Source: an uncultured Gemmatimonadales bacterium
GTDB taxonomy: Bacteria > Gemmatimonadota > Gemmatimonadetes > Gemmatimonadales > GWC2-71-9
Direction: 5' to 3'
Length of the DNA: 64,000 nucleotides
NCBI GenBank assembly: GCA_963825815.1
Contig: CAWGVB010000025.1
Coordinates: forward strand, 52,419 to 116,418
Shown: one piece after another, positions 21,772-36,488 of the stretch
Layout of the letters: each line of letters starts with the position of its first letter
Numbering within the stretch: position 1 is the first letter of the stretch
The notes under the pieces: model-generated
The model's database searches: none
The model's input: the letters and a program-made list of their open reading frames with translations, nothing else
Told to the model about the DNA's origin: nothing
Made by a program: the position numbers and the translations under genes

Positions 21772-22738
21772 CGCGGGTCCTGATTACCGGGGCTGCGGGG
21801 TTCATAGGTTCGCATCTGGTTCAGGCGCTGATACGGCAGGGCGACGAAGTCATCGGCATCGATAACTTCGATCCGTTTTACCCCCGGGCCATGAAGGAAC
21901 GGAACCTGGCGGAGATCGGGCGCCCGGCCGGTTTCACCTTTCGGGAGCTGGATCTGCTCGACGTGACGGCGCTCCGTTCGCTGCTTACCGCCGACACCGT
22001 CATTGTGCATCTCGCGGCCAAGGCTGGGGTGCGGCCTTCGCTGGCCGACCCGGTGGGGTACGCCCGGGCCAACGTCACCGGAACCGCTGCCGTGGCCGAA
22101 GCAGCCCGGCAGGCGGGAGTGGCCCGCTTTGTCTTTGGGTCTTCCTCCTCCGTCTACGGTGACAGCACTCCGGTGCCGTTCCGCGAAGACGCGGTGGCCG
22201 TCGTACCCATTTCCCCTTATGCCGCCACCAAGCGCGCCGGGGAGCTGTTCCTGCAATCGGTGGCGCCGATCTATGGCTTCCAGGCCGTGTCGCTCCGGTT
22301 TTTCACCGTCTACGGCCCCCGCCAGCGGCCCGACCTGGCGATCCACGCCTTCACCCGGAAAATGGTGGAGGGCCGTCCGCTTACTCTGTTCGGTGACGGC
22401 ACCCAGGCGCGCGACTACACCTACTGCGACGATATCATTGCTGGTGTGCTCGTCGGCGGTCGAGTGGAGCGCAACGGCTCCGGTGGGGGTCGAGACCTTC
22501 AACCTGGGTGGGAATCGGTCGGTGCCGACCGAGGCCATGGTGGCGGAGATCGCCGCGGCGCTGGGCATCAAACCGAAGATCGAGTGGGCGCCGATGCAGC
22601 CGGGCGATGTGCAGCAGACCGCCGCCGATCTCACGAAATCCACCGCGGTGCTGGGCTATCGTGCCGAAGATCGCGTTCTCCGACGGCATTCATCGTTTCG
22701 TTCAATGGTTCAGGGAGGCTTATGGCCGGGCAGACTGA
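21768..22738 (+). CDS. NAD-dependent epimerase/dehydratase (UDP-glucuronate 4-epimerase-like), two frame changes (~22445, ~22660)
   Basis: VLITGAAGFIGSHL..SSSSVYG..SPYAATKRAGE..RFFTVYGPRQRPDLA continues as FNLGGNRSV and then PKIAFSDGIHRFVQWFREAY in two other frames. GTG 21768 forms a GTGA overlap with the ugd stop. Confidence 0.7.
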
Positions 22739-23434
22739 TCTCCTGTTGGCGCGGGCCCGGGAGCGATTCGTGGTTCAGGATTATTACGGCGCCGTCCATC
22801 TGCTCGAATCCGTGGTCGATTCCGGCCGGGCCTTTGCCGACGTGCACCATCTCCTCGGGGTTTCGCTCTCGCTGCTGGGACAACCGGAGCGCGCTCTGAA
22901 GGAGTTGGAGCGCGCGCTGGAGCTGAATCCGCAATTACGTCGAGGCCTTGATCCATCGCGGACTGGTGCTCAATGAGCTGGGCCGGACCGATGAGGCGGA
23001 GGAAGCGTTCAACCACGCTGCGTCGAGCGTGGACCACAAGACCGCCGATGGCTTGCCGCTGCCGGTAGCCGCCCAGCTTGCCAATCGCCACGCCGACCTG
23101 GCCGAGACCTACGCCGGGGCCGGCGCGCTGAACCGGGCCATAGAGCAGTATGAGCGGGCCCTGGAGCTGGGTCCCGGCTTTCACGATCTCCGCTACCGTT
23201 TGGCTCGGCTACTGATCGAGGCAGGACGGCCGCTGGATGCGCGAGACACGCTGGAAGAGGTGCTCCGGGAGCGCCCCAACTTCATCGACGCCGAGGCCGC
23301 GCTGGGGCTCGCCCACTTTCTCTCGGGCGATGCGGATGGCGCCCGGGAGGTGTGGCAGTCCTGTCTGTCGCGCCGTCCCGGAGAACGCGCGGGTAGAGGC
23401 GTACCTCTCGATGCTTACCCGGGCAGGTCAGTGA
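22722..23434 (+). CDS. TPR-repeat protein, two frame changes (~22935, ~23375)
   Basis: TPR-like repeats (LGQPERALKELERALELNP.., IEQYERALELGPGF.., LEEVLRERPNF..). The C-terminus ENARVEAYLSMLTRAGQ* is in ORF 23237-23434. Confidence 0.5.
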
Positions 23435-24354
23435 CGTCTGGGTGGCTGACGGTGGGTGGCGCGGTGGCGTTGTATGCTCTGGCAGCGTGTGGCGGCGGGA
23501 GAGACCAGGAACGCCAGGCGGATGATGCCTACGGCGAGGGCAACTACGCCGTAGCTCTGGCCCAGTATCGGGCTGCCGTGGCCAAAGATCCTGACGCCAG
23601 GGTGTGGGCCAAAGTCGGAGCCGCGGCTCTCCACACCGGCAGCCTCGAAGTCGCATCGGACGCCTACCTCAGACTTGCCGCCGAAGATCCTACCCGGGCA
23701 GAAGAAGCTGCAGAGGGTTTGGAAGCCGTCGCCCGCGCCGCCGATCGAGCCGGTGATACGAGGCGTCTCGAAACCGCGGTCATCGGTCTCGGGATGATTG
23801 CGCCGAGCCGATCTATCGGCCGCTATGCTCTCGCAGTCGTGCGCCGTCCCGGTGCCCAGGCCAACGACCTGGTCGCTGTCCTGCCTGCTGCCATTGCCGC
23901 CGCACCCGATGCCGAAACGGTGGACTCCTTGCTTGGAGTTTACGCCGCAGCCCTGCAGGAAACCTCGGGCTGCGATCAGGCGGTCGCTGTGTTTCAGGCT
24001 GCGGTCCGACGAAGCCGCAGCAATGAGGTCCGCACTCGGGCCGAGGATGGTGTCGCCGGCTGCTCAGTGGTGCTGGGACTTCGCGCCGAGGCGGCTGGTA
24101 AGTCCGAGGATGCCGCGCTGTGGTTTGCTGCCGCCATCAGAGTGGATTCCAGTACTTCCGTGGGGCGCCGCGCCCTGGTGGGATATGGAGACGCCCAGGC
24201 TCGTCTGGGAGATACCGCAGCCGCGGTCGATGCGTACCGGGCGGTAACAGGTGACGCAGTGCAGAGCGATTCCACTATGCAGATGGCGCGGGATCGGCTG
24301 GAGGAGCTGCGCGCTCGCATCTCGAGTCCTCTGACCGGTACCATCCTGCGATGA
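23431..24354 (+). CDS. Hypothetical lipoprotein (Ala-rich helical/TPR-like)
   Basis: GTG 23431 (GTGA overlap) opens VTSGWLTVGGAVALYALAACGGG, which contains a lipobox. It is in frame with ORF 22948-24354. Confidence 0.45.
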   Translation: MTSGWLTVGGAVALYALAACGGGRDQERQADDAYGEGNYAVALAQYRAAVAKDPDARVWAKVGAAALHTGSLEVASDAYLRLAAEDPTRAEEAAEGLEAVARAADRAGDTRRLETAVIGLGMIAPSRSIGRYALAVVRRPGAQANDLVAVLPAAIAAAPDAETVDSLLGVYAAALQETSGCDQAVAVFQAAVRRSRSNEVRTRAEDGVAGCSVVLGLRAEAAGKSEDAALWFAAAIRVDSSTSVGRRALVGYGDAQARLGDTAAAVDAYRAVTGDAVQSDSTMQMARDRLEELRARISSPLTGTILR

Positions 24355-25124
24355 CCAGGAGGCTCTCACTGTGGGCTCTGCTCGTGCTCGCCGGATGCGG
24401 CGGGCGTGGCGGGAAGGGAAACGCCGCCCCGGCGCCGGTGTCCGGGACGGGCGCCAGTGCGGCGACGATCGATTCCCTGTGGAGCCGGGCGGAGTGGGCG
24501 GTGCATCACGGGAAGTGGGGTGACGCCGAGAAGCTGCTCGATCGGGTTAATCTGGAGTTCTCTCCGGGAGATCCCCGGGTTGGGCGGGCGCACTACTATC
24601 TGGGCGAGGCGCTCTTCGCCCAGAAGCGCCAGTTGGAAGCGGCCCGCGAATTCCGCAGGGCTTCGGACGAAACGCCCAACGACCCGATTGCTCCCGAGGC
24701 CCTCCTCCGCCTGGGCGACGTCTACGCCGACCTCTGGCGCCGGCCGGAGTTGGACCCAACCTACGGACAGACCGCCCTCTCCACCTATCAGGAGTTGCTC
24801 AATAGGTATCCCGGCAGCAGCGCGGCAAAGCGGGGACAATTGCGGATCGCCGAACTCAACGAACGCTTTGCCACCAAGGAATTCAAGGCCGGAATGTATT
24901 ACTTCCGCTTGAAGGCCTACGACTCCGCCATCCTGTATCTCAAGGACGTCGTGGCCACTTATCCCAAGGCAACGGTCGTTCCCGAGGCTCTGATCAAGCT
25001 GGTTCAGGCGTACAAAGCGTTGGGATATCGCGAGGATGTGCAGGAGACCTGCGGGTACATTCGCCGATTCCATCCCCGAGCACCACAAGTCGGCGAGGTC
25101 TGTCCTTCCAAACCCGCAGCGTGA
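24351..25124 (+). CDS. bamD: Outer-membrane protein assembly factor BamD (YfiO-like TPR lipoprotein)
   Basis: Lipobox LLVLAGCGG, then a [57 protein letters not shown] pattern typical of BamD. Confidence 0.7.
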   Translation: MTRRLSLWALLVLAGCGGRGGKGNAAPAPVSGTGASAATIDSLWSRAEWAVHHGKWGDAEKLLDRVNLEFSPGDPRVGRAHYYLGEALFAQKRQLEAAREFRRASDETPNDPIAPEALLRLGDVYADLWRRPELDPTYGQTALSTYQELLNRYPGSSAAKRGQLRIAELNERFATKEFKAGMYYFRLKAYDSAILYLKDVVATYPKATVVPEALIKLVQAYKALGYREDVQETCGYIRRFHPRAPQVGEVCPSKPAA

Positions 25125-25131
25125 GCGCCGG

Positions 25132-25700
25132 ATGATCGGTGTCTTCGGCGGGTCGTTCGATCCCGTACATCACGGACATTTGATTGTGGGGCAGGTTGCC
25201 TCGGAGACGCTGGGCTTGGAGAGTCTCCAGTTCGTTCCGGCCCGCGAGCAACCGTTCAAGCGAGGGCAGCACCGGAGCTCTCCCGAGCACCGTACCGCAA
25301 TGCTATCGCTCGCGCTGGCCGGGTCTCCCGGTTTTGGTCTGGAGCGGAGCGAACTGGCCCGGCCGGCACCCTCGTATACCGTCGATACACTGGACGATCT
25401 CAGCCGGCGTCACCCAAGAACCGCGCTGGTGCTGTTGCTGGGCGCTGATGCGGCGGCGGAGCTGTCCTTATGGCACCAGGCCGAGCGGCTTCCCCAGCTG
25501 GCCCGGGTGGTTGTCTTTGCCCGACCGGGGTCTGCGGTGCCGGCCAACCCGCTGATCTCCCAGGTTATTCGGGTTCCCGCGGTGGATATCTCCGCTACCG
25601 AAATTCGCCGACGGGTGAGCCGTGGACTGTCGATCCGCTACTGGGTACCCGATGCGGTCGCGGAGTACATCGCACGACACCAGTTATATTTGAAGGCAGA

Positions 25701-25704
<4 letters not shown>
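25132..25704 (+). CDS. nadD: Nicotinate-nucleotide adenylyltransferase
   Basis: [42 protein letters not shown]. Confidence 0.85.
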
Positions 25705-28874
<3,170 letters not shown>

Positions 28875-28942
28875 GCGCGTAAGTTCCGCTGTGCCTGCAG
28901 GATAATGACACCATCCCAGCACCGGACCGGCTATCCTGACGG

Positions 28943-29626
28943 ATGGCTCTGCCGGTTTCCACTATCCCCCAGGCCGATCGGCCTCGGGAGCGTCTCTGGT
29001 CGCTGGGCCCCGCCGCGTTGACGACCGCCGAACTTCTTGCCATCGTGTTAGGTACAGGGGGAGGCGGCCAGGACGTCCTGGAGCTGGCCCGGCAACTACT
29101 GGAGGTCAGCGACGGCTCGCTCCGGCGGTTGGCTCAGCGGCCCAGTGCAGAGTTGCTTCGCTCGCCGGGGATCGGTCCGACCAAGGCGGGGCGGCTGATT
29201 GCAGCCTTTGAGCTGGGGGCGCGCGCGGCCCGGGAAGAGCGCCCCCGGGTGCAGCGGATCCGGGAACCCGAGGACGTGCTCCGCCTGTTTGGTCCTCGGC
29301 TGCGGGATCTGCAGGTCGAGGAGTTCCATCTGCTGGCACTGGATAGTCAAAGCCAGGTGCTTCGGGAGGTGCTGATCACCCGCGGCCTGCTGAACAGCTC
29401 GCTGGTGCATCCGCGTGAGGTGTTCCGGGCGGCCATCGCCGAGGCTGCCGCCGGTATCATCGTGGTCCACAATCATCCCAGTGGCGATCCCACGCCTTCG
29501 GCGGAAGACCGGGCGGCCACCAAACAGCTGTGCTCGGCGGGCCGGCTGCTCGACCTGCCGGTGTACGATCACGTCATCATTGCGGGAGATCGATACGTGA
29601 GTTTTGCAACGGCTGGACTGTTGTGA
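28943..29626 (+). CDS. radC: RadC-family JAB-domain protein
   Basis: PRERL..LTTAELLAIVLGTG..HLLALD..VVHNHPSGDPTPSAEDRAATKQL. Confidence 0.85.
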   Translation: MALPVSTIPQADRPRERLWSLGPAALTTAELLAIVLGTGGGGQDVLELARQLLEVSDGSLRRLAQRPSAELLRSPGIGPTKAGRLIAAFELGARAAREERPRVQRIREPEDVLRLFGPRLRDLQVEEFHLLALDSQSQVLREVLITRGLLNSSLVHPREVFRAAIAEAAAGIIVVHNHPSGDPTPSAEDRAATKQLCSAGRLLDLPVYDHVIIAGDRYVSFATAGLL

Positions 29627-31785
29627 CTGGAACACTCCCTGCCCTGGCTCCTGATCTTCGGGCCGTCCTGGAGAAGCACGCCGACCGTCTGGATCTCGAG
29701 CTGGTCGAGCGGGCGTTGCGCTTCAGCGCCACCGCGCATCGGGGCCAGAAGCGGATGTCGGGGGAGGATTTCGTCTCCCACACTATCGCCGTCGCCCTGA
29801 TCCTGGCCGAGCAGCTGCTCGACAGCACAACCATCGCTGCCGCGCTGCTGCACGATGTGGTGGAGGACTCGGACGTTCGGACCGAGGACATTGCCCGGGA
29901 GTTCGGACCCGAAGTCGCCGGCATCGTAGACGGCCTCACCAAAATCTCCAGCCTCACCTTTCATTCGTCGGCCGAGGAGCAGGTCGAGAATTACCGCAAG
30001 CTCCTGCTGTCGATCGCCAAAGACGCCCGGGTCATCATCATCAAGCTGGGCGATCGGCTGCACAACATGCGGACGCTGGAGCATCTCCCGCCCGAGCGGC
30101 GCACCCGCATCGCACTGGAAACGCGAGAGATCTACGCCCCGCTGGCCCACCGCTTCGGTATGGCCGGGATCAAGGCCGAGCTGGAAGATCTCGCGTTCAA
30201 GTTTCTGGAGCCCGAGGAGTATCGGGAGCTCGCCATGCAAGTCGCGGCCAAGCGAGCCGCACGGGAACAGACCATCCTCAAGCTGAAGACCCCGCTGGAT
30301 TCACGAGCTTCGGGACGCCGGAATCGAGTGGTTCGAGGTCACCGGCCGGCCCAAGCATCTCTGGTCGATCTTCCAGAAGATGAAGAAGCGGGGCAAGGCG
30401 TTCGACGAGATTTACGATCTCATGGCGGTCCGGGTCATCGTGCGCACGGTGCCCGACTGTTACCATGTGCTGGGCATCATCCATCACAACTGGACCCCGA
30501 TCCAGGAGCGGATCAAGGACTACATCGCCAGCCCCAAGTCGAACGCGTACCAGTCGCTGCACACCACCATCTTCGGTCCGGGCGGCCAGCTGTTCGAGGT
30601 GCAGATCCGCACCCAGGACATGCACCGCACGGCCGAGTACGGCATTGCCGCCCACTGGGTGTACAAGCGGGACGGCAGTCGGGACGAGCTGGACCAGCAC
30701 CTGGGCTGGTTCCGCCAGCTTCTCGAGCTGCAGCAGGACACCCACAGTCCCGAGGAGTTCCTCGAGTTCCTGAAGATCGACCTCTATCAGGACGAGATCT
30801 TCATCTTCACGCCGCATGGAGACGTGAAGCGGTTGCCCAAGGGCTCCACCCCCATCGACTTCGCTTTTCACGTGCACACCGAGGTGGGACTCAAGTGCCA
30901 GGGCGCCAAGGTCAATGGCCGGATCGCGCCGCTGCACCGGGAGCTCAAGAGCGGCGATACGGTGGAGATTCTCACCAGCGCCACGGCCAAACCCAGCCGG
31001 GACTGGCTGAGCCACGTTCGCACCGCCCGCGCCCGCCACAAGATCAAGCAGTGGGTCAACCACGAAGAGGAGACGGTCAGCCGTCGCGCTGGGAAAGGAA
31101 ATCCTGGCCCGCGAGGTCCGGCGGCGCCGGCTGAACCTGCCGGACGATGAGCGCCTGGCCAAAGCGGCTCACACACTTTCGCTGGCAGACGGACGCGGTC
31201 TGGAGATCGCCGTGGGCCGGGGCGACGTGCCGATCGGCCAGGTGATCCGCGCTCTCTATCCGGATGTGCCCACCGATGAGATGCAGGAGCCTAAGCCCAC
31301 GGTCTTCGGCCGGGTCATCGACCGGATCCGGTTGGGCCGGGGCATCAAGATCCAGGGCGTCGACGGGCTCATGGTTCGTTATGCCCAGTGCTGCCAGCCG
31401 GTGCCCGGAGACTCGGTGGTCGGTTACGTCACTCAGGGCCGCGGCATTTCGATTCACCGCTCCGACTGTCCCAACCTGCTGACCCTGGCCGCGGATGAGC
31501 GCCGGGTGGATATCGACTGGCAGGAAACGGCGGGAGAGGCCTTCGCGGTACGGCTCGCCGTCACCGGGGAAGATCGTCGAGGCCTGTACGCCGACATCAT
31601 GGAAGCGATCAGCCAGACCGGCACCAACATTCGGGGAGCCGACCTGCACACGCAAGGACGGATCGGTGTTCGGCACCATCTTTGTCGAAGTGGACAACCT
31701 CCCCCACCTGGGCAAGGTGATGAAGGCGGTGCGGAAGGTAAAAGGCGTGACAGAGATCGAACGCCGGGAGGCGCCGCCGGCTTGA
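29623..31785 (+). CDS. rel: Bifunctional (p)ppGpp synthetase/hydrolase Rel/SpoT, three frame changes (~30300, ~31075, ~31650)
   Basis: HD domain ([22 protein letters not shown]) is in ORF 29530. The synthetase and TGS parts ([33 protein letters not shown]) are in ORF 30380. The ACT/RIS tail is split between ORF 31212 and ORF 31495-31785. GTG 29623 forms a GTGA overlap with radC. Confidence 0.85.
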
Positions 31786-32234
31786 ACCGCTGGATTCTCA
31801 AGACCGATTCGGAGGTGTATCCCTTCGAGCAGCTGGAGCGGGAGCAGCGCGCGGTGTGGGATGGGGTAAGCAACCCGGTAGCTCTTCGGCACATCCGGAG
31901 CATGGCCCCGGGCGATCCGCTGATGATCTATCACTCGGGAGCCAACAAGGAAATTGTGGGGCTGGCGCGGGTGGTCAGTGAGCCCTATCCCGATCCCAAG
32001 CAGCCGGAAGGAAAGCTGACCGTAGTCGACGTGAAAGCTGACGGCCGGCTGCCCCAGCCTGTTACCCTGGCTGCCATCAAATCCGATCCCTACTTTGCCG
32101 ATCTCGCTCTGGTCCGGCAGCCGAGACTATCCGTGATTCCGGTGCCGGAACCCCAGTGGAAGAAGCTGCTGCTGATGGGTGGACTGAAGCTAGAGACCCT
32201 CCCCGAAGAAATCCCGGCAGTATATATTCCCTTC
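31782..32234 (+). CDS. EVE (PUA-like) domain protein; no stop codon before uvrB
   Basis: [85 protein letters not shown] is an EVE signature. TTG 31782 overlaps the rel TGA. The frame runs on into the uvrB ATG at 32235. Confidence 0.6.
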
Positions 32235-34277
32235 ATGAGCAGCCCACGTTTCGAGGTCGTCGCCCCGTTTCAGCCTGCCGGCGACCAGCCCAAGGCCATC
32301 CGTGAATTGACCGAAGGTCTCCGCCGGGGAGACAGGTACCAGACCCTGCTGGGCGTCACCGGGTCGGGCAAGACCATGACCCTGGCGCATACCATCGCCA
32401 ATTACGGCAAGCCCACGCTGGTGATGTCCCACAACAAGACACTGGCCGCCCAGCTCTACGGAGAGCTGCGCCAGTTTCTGCCTCGCAACGCGGTGGAGTA
32501 CTTCGTCTCCTATTACGACTATTACCAGCCCGAAGCGTACGTCCCCGCCACCGACGTCTACATCGAGAAGGATGCCTCGATCAACCAGGACATCGAGAGT
32601 CTGCGGCTGCGGGCCACCTCCAGCCTGATGGAGCGGGAGGACGTTGTCATCGTGGGGACGGTAAGCGCCATCTACGGCTTGGGCGACCCGGTCGAATACC
32701 GCAAGCTCATGGTGACGGTCCAGCAGGGGGAGCATCGGGGACGGGATGCCATTCTATCGGAGCTGGTGCGCATTCAGTACGGGCGCAACGATGTGTCCTT
32801 CGAGCAGGGAACCTTCCGGGTGCGGGGAGACTCGATCGAGATCTTTCCCGCCTACGCTGAACAGGCCATCCGGGTCGAGCTGTGGGGAGACGAGGTGGAG
32901 CGGATCAGCAAGATCAATCCGCTCACTGGCGAAACCATCGTTCAGCTCAACCAGTGCGCCATCTATCCGGCCAAGCACTTCGTCACGCAGCGGCCCACCA
33001 TCGAGCGAGCGGTCAAAGCGATCCGAGAAGAGCTGGCGGTCCGACTGAGTGAGCTGAAGAGCGCGGGCAAGCTGCTCGAGGCTCAGCGGCTGGAGTCGCG
33101 CACCACCTTCGATATCGAGATGCTGCTGGAGGTCGGCACCTGCGCCGGAATCGAGAACTATTCCCGCCATCTCACCGGCCGCAGGGAAGGAGAACGGCCC
33201 GCCTGCCTGATCGATTACTTCCCGCCCGATTTTCTCGTGGTGGTAGACGAGTCGCACGTGAGCTTGCCTCAAATCGGCGGCATGTATAACGGCGATCGGG
33301 CCCGGAAGCTCACTCTGGTGGAGTATGGGTTCCGGCTCCCCTCCGCGCTGGACAACCGGCCGCTTCAGTTCGACGAGTTCATGTCGCTGGCGCCGCAGAT
33401 GATCAATCTCTCGGCGACGCCGGGCGAGTACGAGCTTCAGCTGTCGCAGGGAGTCGTGGTGGAGCAGATCATTCGCCCCACCGGGCTGCTCGATCCCGAA
33501 GTCGACGTCCGTCCGGTGCGGGGGCAGGTGGACGATCTGCTGGCGGAGATCCGGCTGCGGGAAACCCGGGGCGAGCGGGTCCTGGTCACCACCCTGACCA
33601 AGCGAATGTCGGAGGACCTCACGGACTACCTGCAGCAGGCCGGGGTGCGGGTGCGGTATCTCCACTCCGATATCGACGCTATCGAGCGAATGGAGATCCT
33701 TCGCGGCCTCCGGCTGGGTGACTTCGATGTTCTGGTCGGAATCAATCTGCTGCGAGAGGGCCTGGATCTTCCGGAGGTGTCACTCGTCGCCATCCTGGAC
33801 GCAGACCAGGAGGGCTTCCTGCGCTCGGACCGCTCCCTGGTGCAGACCATCGGCCGCGCGGCCCGGCACATCAACGGCCGGGCGGTGCTCTATGCCGATC
33901 GAATCACCGGATCCATGCAACGCGCGCTGGAGGAGATGGATCGGCGCCGAGCCATTCAGCGGGCCTACAACCAGGAGCACGGCATCACGCCGGTGTCCAT
34001 CGTCAAGAGCATGGAGGAGGTACGGCTGTCGACCCACGTCGCCGATGCGCGCACCGAGCGGCCAGACCCCAAGGCGGCGGCGCAGGAACGTATCGACTTG
34101 CGCGATCCGGCCAAGCGCGCGGCGGCCATCACCTCACTGGAGCGGCAAATGCGTGAGGCGGCGGCCAATCTCGAGTTCGAGCTGGCAGCCATGCTGCGGG
34201 ATCAGTTGAACGAGCTCAAGGCCGCGGGTGCGCCGGACGTGCGGCGTGCACCGGCCCGGCTGCGGCGCCAGGCATGA
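32235..34277 (+). CDS. uvrB: Excinuclease ABC subunit B
   Basis: [66 protein letters not shown] and a C-terminal UVR motif ([22 protein letters not shown]). Confidence 0.95.
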   Translation: MSSPRFEVVAPFQPAGDQPKAIRELTEGLRRGDRYQTLLGVTGSGKTMTLAHTIANYGKPTLVMSHNKTLAAQLYGELRQFLPRNAVEYFVSYYDYYQPEAYVPATDVYIEKDASINQDIESLRLRATSSLMEREDVVIVGTVSAIYGLGDPVEYRKLMVTVQQGEHRGRDAILSELVRIQYGRNDVSFEQGTFRVRGDSIEIFPAYAEQAIRVELWGDEVERISKINPLTGETIVQLNQCAIYPAKHFVTQRPTIERAVKAIREELAVRLSELKSAGKLLEAQRLESRTTFDIEMLLEVGTCAGIENYSRHLTGRREGERPACLIDYFPPDFLVVVDESHVSLPQIGGMYNGDRARKLTLVEYGFRLPSALDNRPLQFDEFMSLAPQMINLSATPGEYELQLSQGVVVEQIIRPTGLLDPEVDVRPVRGQVDDLLAEIRLRETRGERVLVTTLTKRMSEDLTDYLQQAGVRVRYLHSDIDAIERMEILRGLRLGDFDVLVGINLLREGLDLPEVSLVAILDADQEGFLRSDRSLVQTIGRAARHINGRAVLYADRITGSMQRALEEMDRRRAIQRAYNQEHGITPVSIVKSMEEVRLSTHVADARTERPDPKAAAQERIDLRDPAKRAAAITSLERQMREAAANLEFELAAMLRDQLNELKAAGAPDVRRAPARLRRQA

Positions 34278-34684
34278 GCCGACCCCTGACCCTGGCGGAG
34301 CTCGAGGCAGAGGGCGAAGCACTCGGCCGTCGACTCAGGCCCGGCGAAGTGCTCAGCTTCGAGGGAGATCTCGGTGCAGGGAAGACCACGTTCATCCAGG
34401 CGGTTACTCGAGGCCTGGGCGTCAGCCGTCCAGCTACCAGCCCAACCTACGCGTTGGTCCATCGGTACCAGGGCGCGCGGGGGCCGGTCTTTCATCTGGA
34501 CTGCTTTCGGCTGCGCTCGCCGGAGGAGGCAGCCGACCTGGACTGGGAAGGTTTGCTGACAGAAGGCGACGCTATTCTGGTCGAGTGGCCCGAGCGTGCC
34601 GGCGAGTGGTTGCCCTCGCCCACCCGCAGGTTCCGGCTCTCGCATGTGGCTCAGCCGGAGCTGCGCCGGCTGGAGGTTCTCTGA
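34274..34684 (+). CDS. tsaE: tRNA t6A37 biosynthesis ATPase TsaE
   Basis: [42 protein letters not shown] overlap with uvrB. Confidence 0.85.
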   Translation: MSRPLTLAELEAEGEALGRRLRPGEVLSFEGDLGAGKTTFIQAVTRGLGVSRPATSPTYALVHRYQGARGPVFHLDCFRLRSPEEAADLDWEGLLTEGDAILVEWPERAGEWLPSPTRRFRLSHVAQPELRRLEVL

Positions 34685-35410
34685 TGTGGCTGGCGTTGGA
34701 CACGGCCGGCGATCGTGCCTCGGTCGCTCTGGGAGAACCGGGCTGTGGCTCGGCTGCACTGGAGCGAGAATCTTCCGGGTGCCCGGCGCCATGCCGCCGC
34801 GTTGCTTCCTATCGTTCAACGCCTGCTCGGCCGTGCGGCGATCCACTCTGGACGCGATGCAGGGCGTGGTGCTGAGCGACGGCCCGGGCAGTTTCACTGG
34901 GCTCCGGGTAGGCGCTTCCGTGGCAAAGGCCCTGGTCGACACCCGGCGAATCCCTCTGTGGACCGCTCCCTCGTTGCTGGTGCGCGCGGCCCAGGTGGCT
35001 CGGCCCAATGCCCTGGTTCTTGCCGTGTCCAACGCGCTGCGGGGAGAGGTGTACGCCGCAGCGTACCGGTTCGATTCAGATGCCATACGCACTGAGCTGG
35101 TCCCATCGGTTCGGCGGCCGGAGGACATCGTATCATGGGGTCTGCAGCCGGACATTCTGGTGGGAGAGGCTCCGCCTTCAGGTCATCGAGGCGCTGGAGC
35201 GGTGGTCGGGAAGGCCGGTCATCGGTCCACCCGAAGGATCACCGCACGCGGCGCGGCTGCTGGATCTGGTCGGACTCCGCGGGGGAGCGCGCGAGGTCGC
35301 ATACGGTCGGGGAATGGGAGCCGGTGTACGGCCGGCCGGCCGAAGCGCAGGCTCGTTGGGAGAGTGCTCATGGACGACCCTTACCGGATTCGGTCGGCAG
35401 TCCCGGCTGA
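34684..35410 (+). CDS. tsaB: tRNA t6A37 biosynthesis protein TsaB, several frame changes
   Basis: [19 protein letters not shown].. / ..RHAAALLPIVQRLL.. / ..VVLSDGPGSFTGLRVGASVAKAL.. / ..EWEPVYGRPAEAQARWE are distributed over four ORF-track pieces. Confidence 0.6.
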
Positions 35411-35829
35411 TGCAGCACCGCTCGTTGCTATCGAGCGCCGCTGTTTCAGCGATCCCTGGAGCGAGGCCAGCTTTCGTGAGGCGCTGGAGTCGCCCTGGAC
35501 TTTCGGCCTGGTGGCGCACAACGGGCGGGGCATCGCCGGCTACCTGATCGGCAGGGAAGTGGCAGGCACTGGTGAGGTGCTCAACCTTGCGGTCGCTCCC
35601 GACTTTCGGCGCCGAGGCGTGGCCCGTGCGCTGTTGCGCTCGGCCCTGGGGTTTTTTCGCAAGCGGCGGGTCGAAGAGGTCTATCTGGAGGTCCGGGAGT
35701 CCAACCAGTCGGCGCAGGCGCTCTACTTGAGCTCCGGATTTCGTCCGGTCGGACAACGCTCCGCGTATTACCGCAATCCCCAGAGAGGACGCCCTGGTGC
35801 TGTGGCTTCCCCTGGAACAACATGCGTGA
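35370..35829 (+). CDS. rimI: Ribosomal-protein-alanine N-acetyltransferase RimI (GNAT), one frame change near 35785
   Basis: IRSAVPADAAPLVAIERRCFSDPWS..VLNLAVAPDFRRRGVARALL..EVRESNQSAQALYLSSGF, then YYRNP../EDALVLWLPLEQHA* after a shift. Confidence 0.7.
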
Positions 35830-35855
35830 AAACAGCATCCCGGGCGGGACTTTGG

Positions 35856-35883
35856 TTGAAGCGGTTCGGCCCAGGCCTATATT
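35856..35883 (+). promoter_or_regulatory. Candidate sigma70-type promoter upstream of ssb
   Basis: TTGAAG (35856-35861), a 16-nt spacer, then TATATT (35878-35883), about 50 nt upstream of the ssb GTG in a 104-nt intergenic gap. Confidence 0.35.
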
Positions 35884-35933
35884 ATCCGCAGACCCGCTTC
35901 GTCGGACCTTACTGTTGAACCTTGGAGGTGCCT

Positions 35934-36405
35934 GTGAGTCGCAGTCTGAACAAGGCCATTTTGATCGGGAATCTCGGGGCTGATCCGGAAGTTCGCAGCA
36001 CTGCCAACGGCTCGCGGGTCGCCACCCTCTCGATCGCTACCAGCCGGCAATGGAAAAACCAGGCTGGTGAGAAGCAGGAAAAGACGGAGTGGCATCGGGT
36101 AGTGTTCTGGAACACCAAGTTCTCCACTCTGGCCGATATCGCCGAGCGCTTCTGCAAAAAGGGAGACAAGGTGTACGTCGAGGGAAGTATCGAGTACCGC
36201 TCGTGGCAGGATCGTGAGGGACAGACCCGGTACACCACCGAAATCAACGGCCGTGAGCTCATCCTGTTGTCCGGTCGGGGGGATGGCGCGGAGGCGTTCT
36301 CCGCACCGCAAGGTGGCGGCCGGTGCAGCGGCGCCGAAAGGCAAGGAAGGCTTCGACGACTTCCCCGAAGCGCTGGACGCCGAAGACGACGATCTGCCGT
36401 TTTAA
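35934..36405 (+). CDS. ssb: Single-stranded DNA-binding protein, one frame change near 36290
   Basis: SLNKAILIGNLGADPEVR..TEWHRVVFW..KGDKVYVEGSIEYRSWQD in ORF 35922. The acidic tail ..DDFPEALDAEDDDLPF* is in ORF 36214-36405. GGAGG lies 5 nt upstream of GTG 35934. Confidence 0.85.
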
Positions 36406-36407
36406 GC

Positions 36408-36488
36408 CGGGAGGCGGGGAAGGGTGGAGGCGAGGAAGTGGGTTCCACGGCGACTTCCTCCCCACTTCCCACCATCCCCGCCTCCCCG
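36408..36488. repeat. GGGGAAG-type imperfect long hairpin immediately after the ssb stop
   Basis: CGGGAGGCGGGGAAGGGTGGAGGCGAGGAAGTGGG pairs with CGACTTCCTCCCCACTTCCCACCATCCCCGCCTCCCCG. The outer 13 nt and the inner GGAAGT pair well, while the middle is imperfect. Confidence 0.5.

Noticed and set aside
25470-25700. The upstream extension of secA in the ORF track (start 25470), and similar extensions for pyrF (7140), murB (16330), the epimerase (21624) and the LysM protein (36597).
   Set aside because: The extensions overlap the preceding genes in another frame and lack homology. Internal starts that form 4-nt overlaps or follow Shine-Dalgarno-like purine runs give canonical N-termini.
28943-29626. 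RadC (JAB-domain) next to rel considered as part of a toxin-antitoxin or defence module.
   Set aside because: It is a single standard RadC with no adjacent small partner ORF, nuclease or mobile-element context. Its neighbours are housekeeping genes.
31212-34277. The 1021-aa track ORF as one giant protein (Rel C-terminus + EVE + UvrB).
   Set aside because: The first ~190 codons are the Rel TGS/ACT region read partly out of frame. The true Rel tail (..[33 protein letters not shown]) ends at TGA 31785 in ORF 31495-31785. Only the EVE-uvrB junction remains an open question, and I report it separately.
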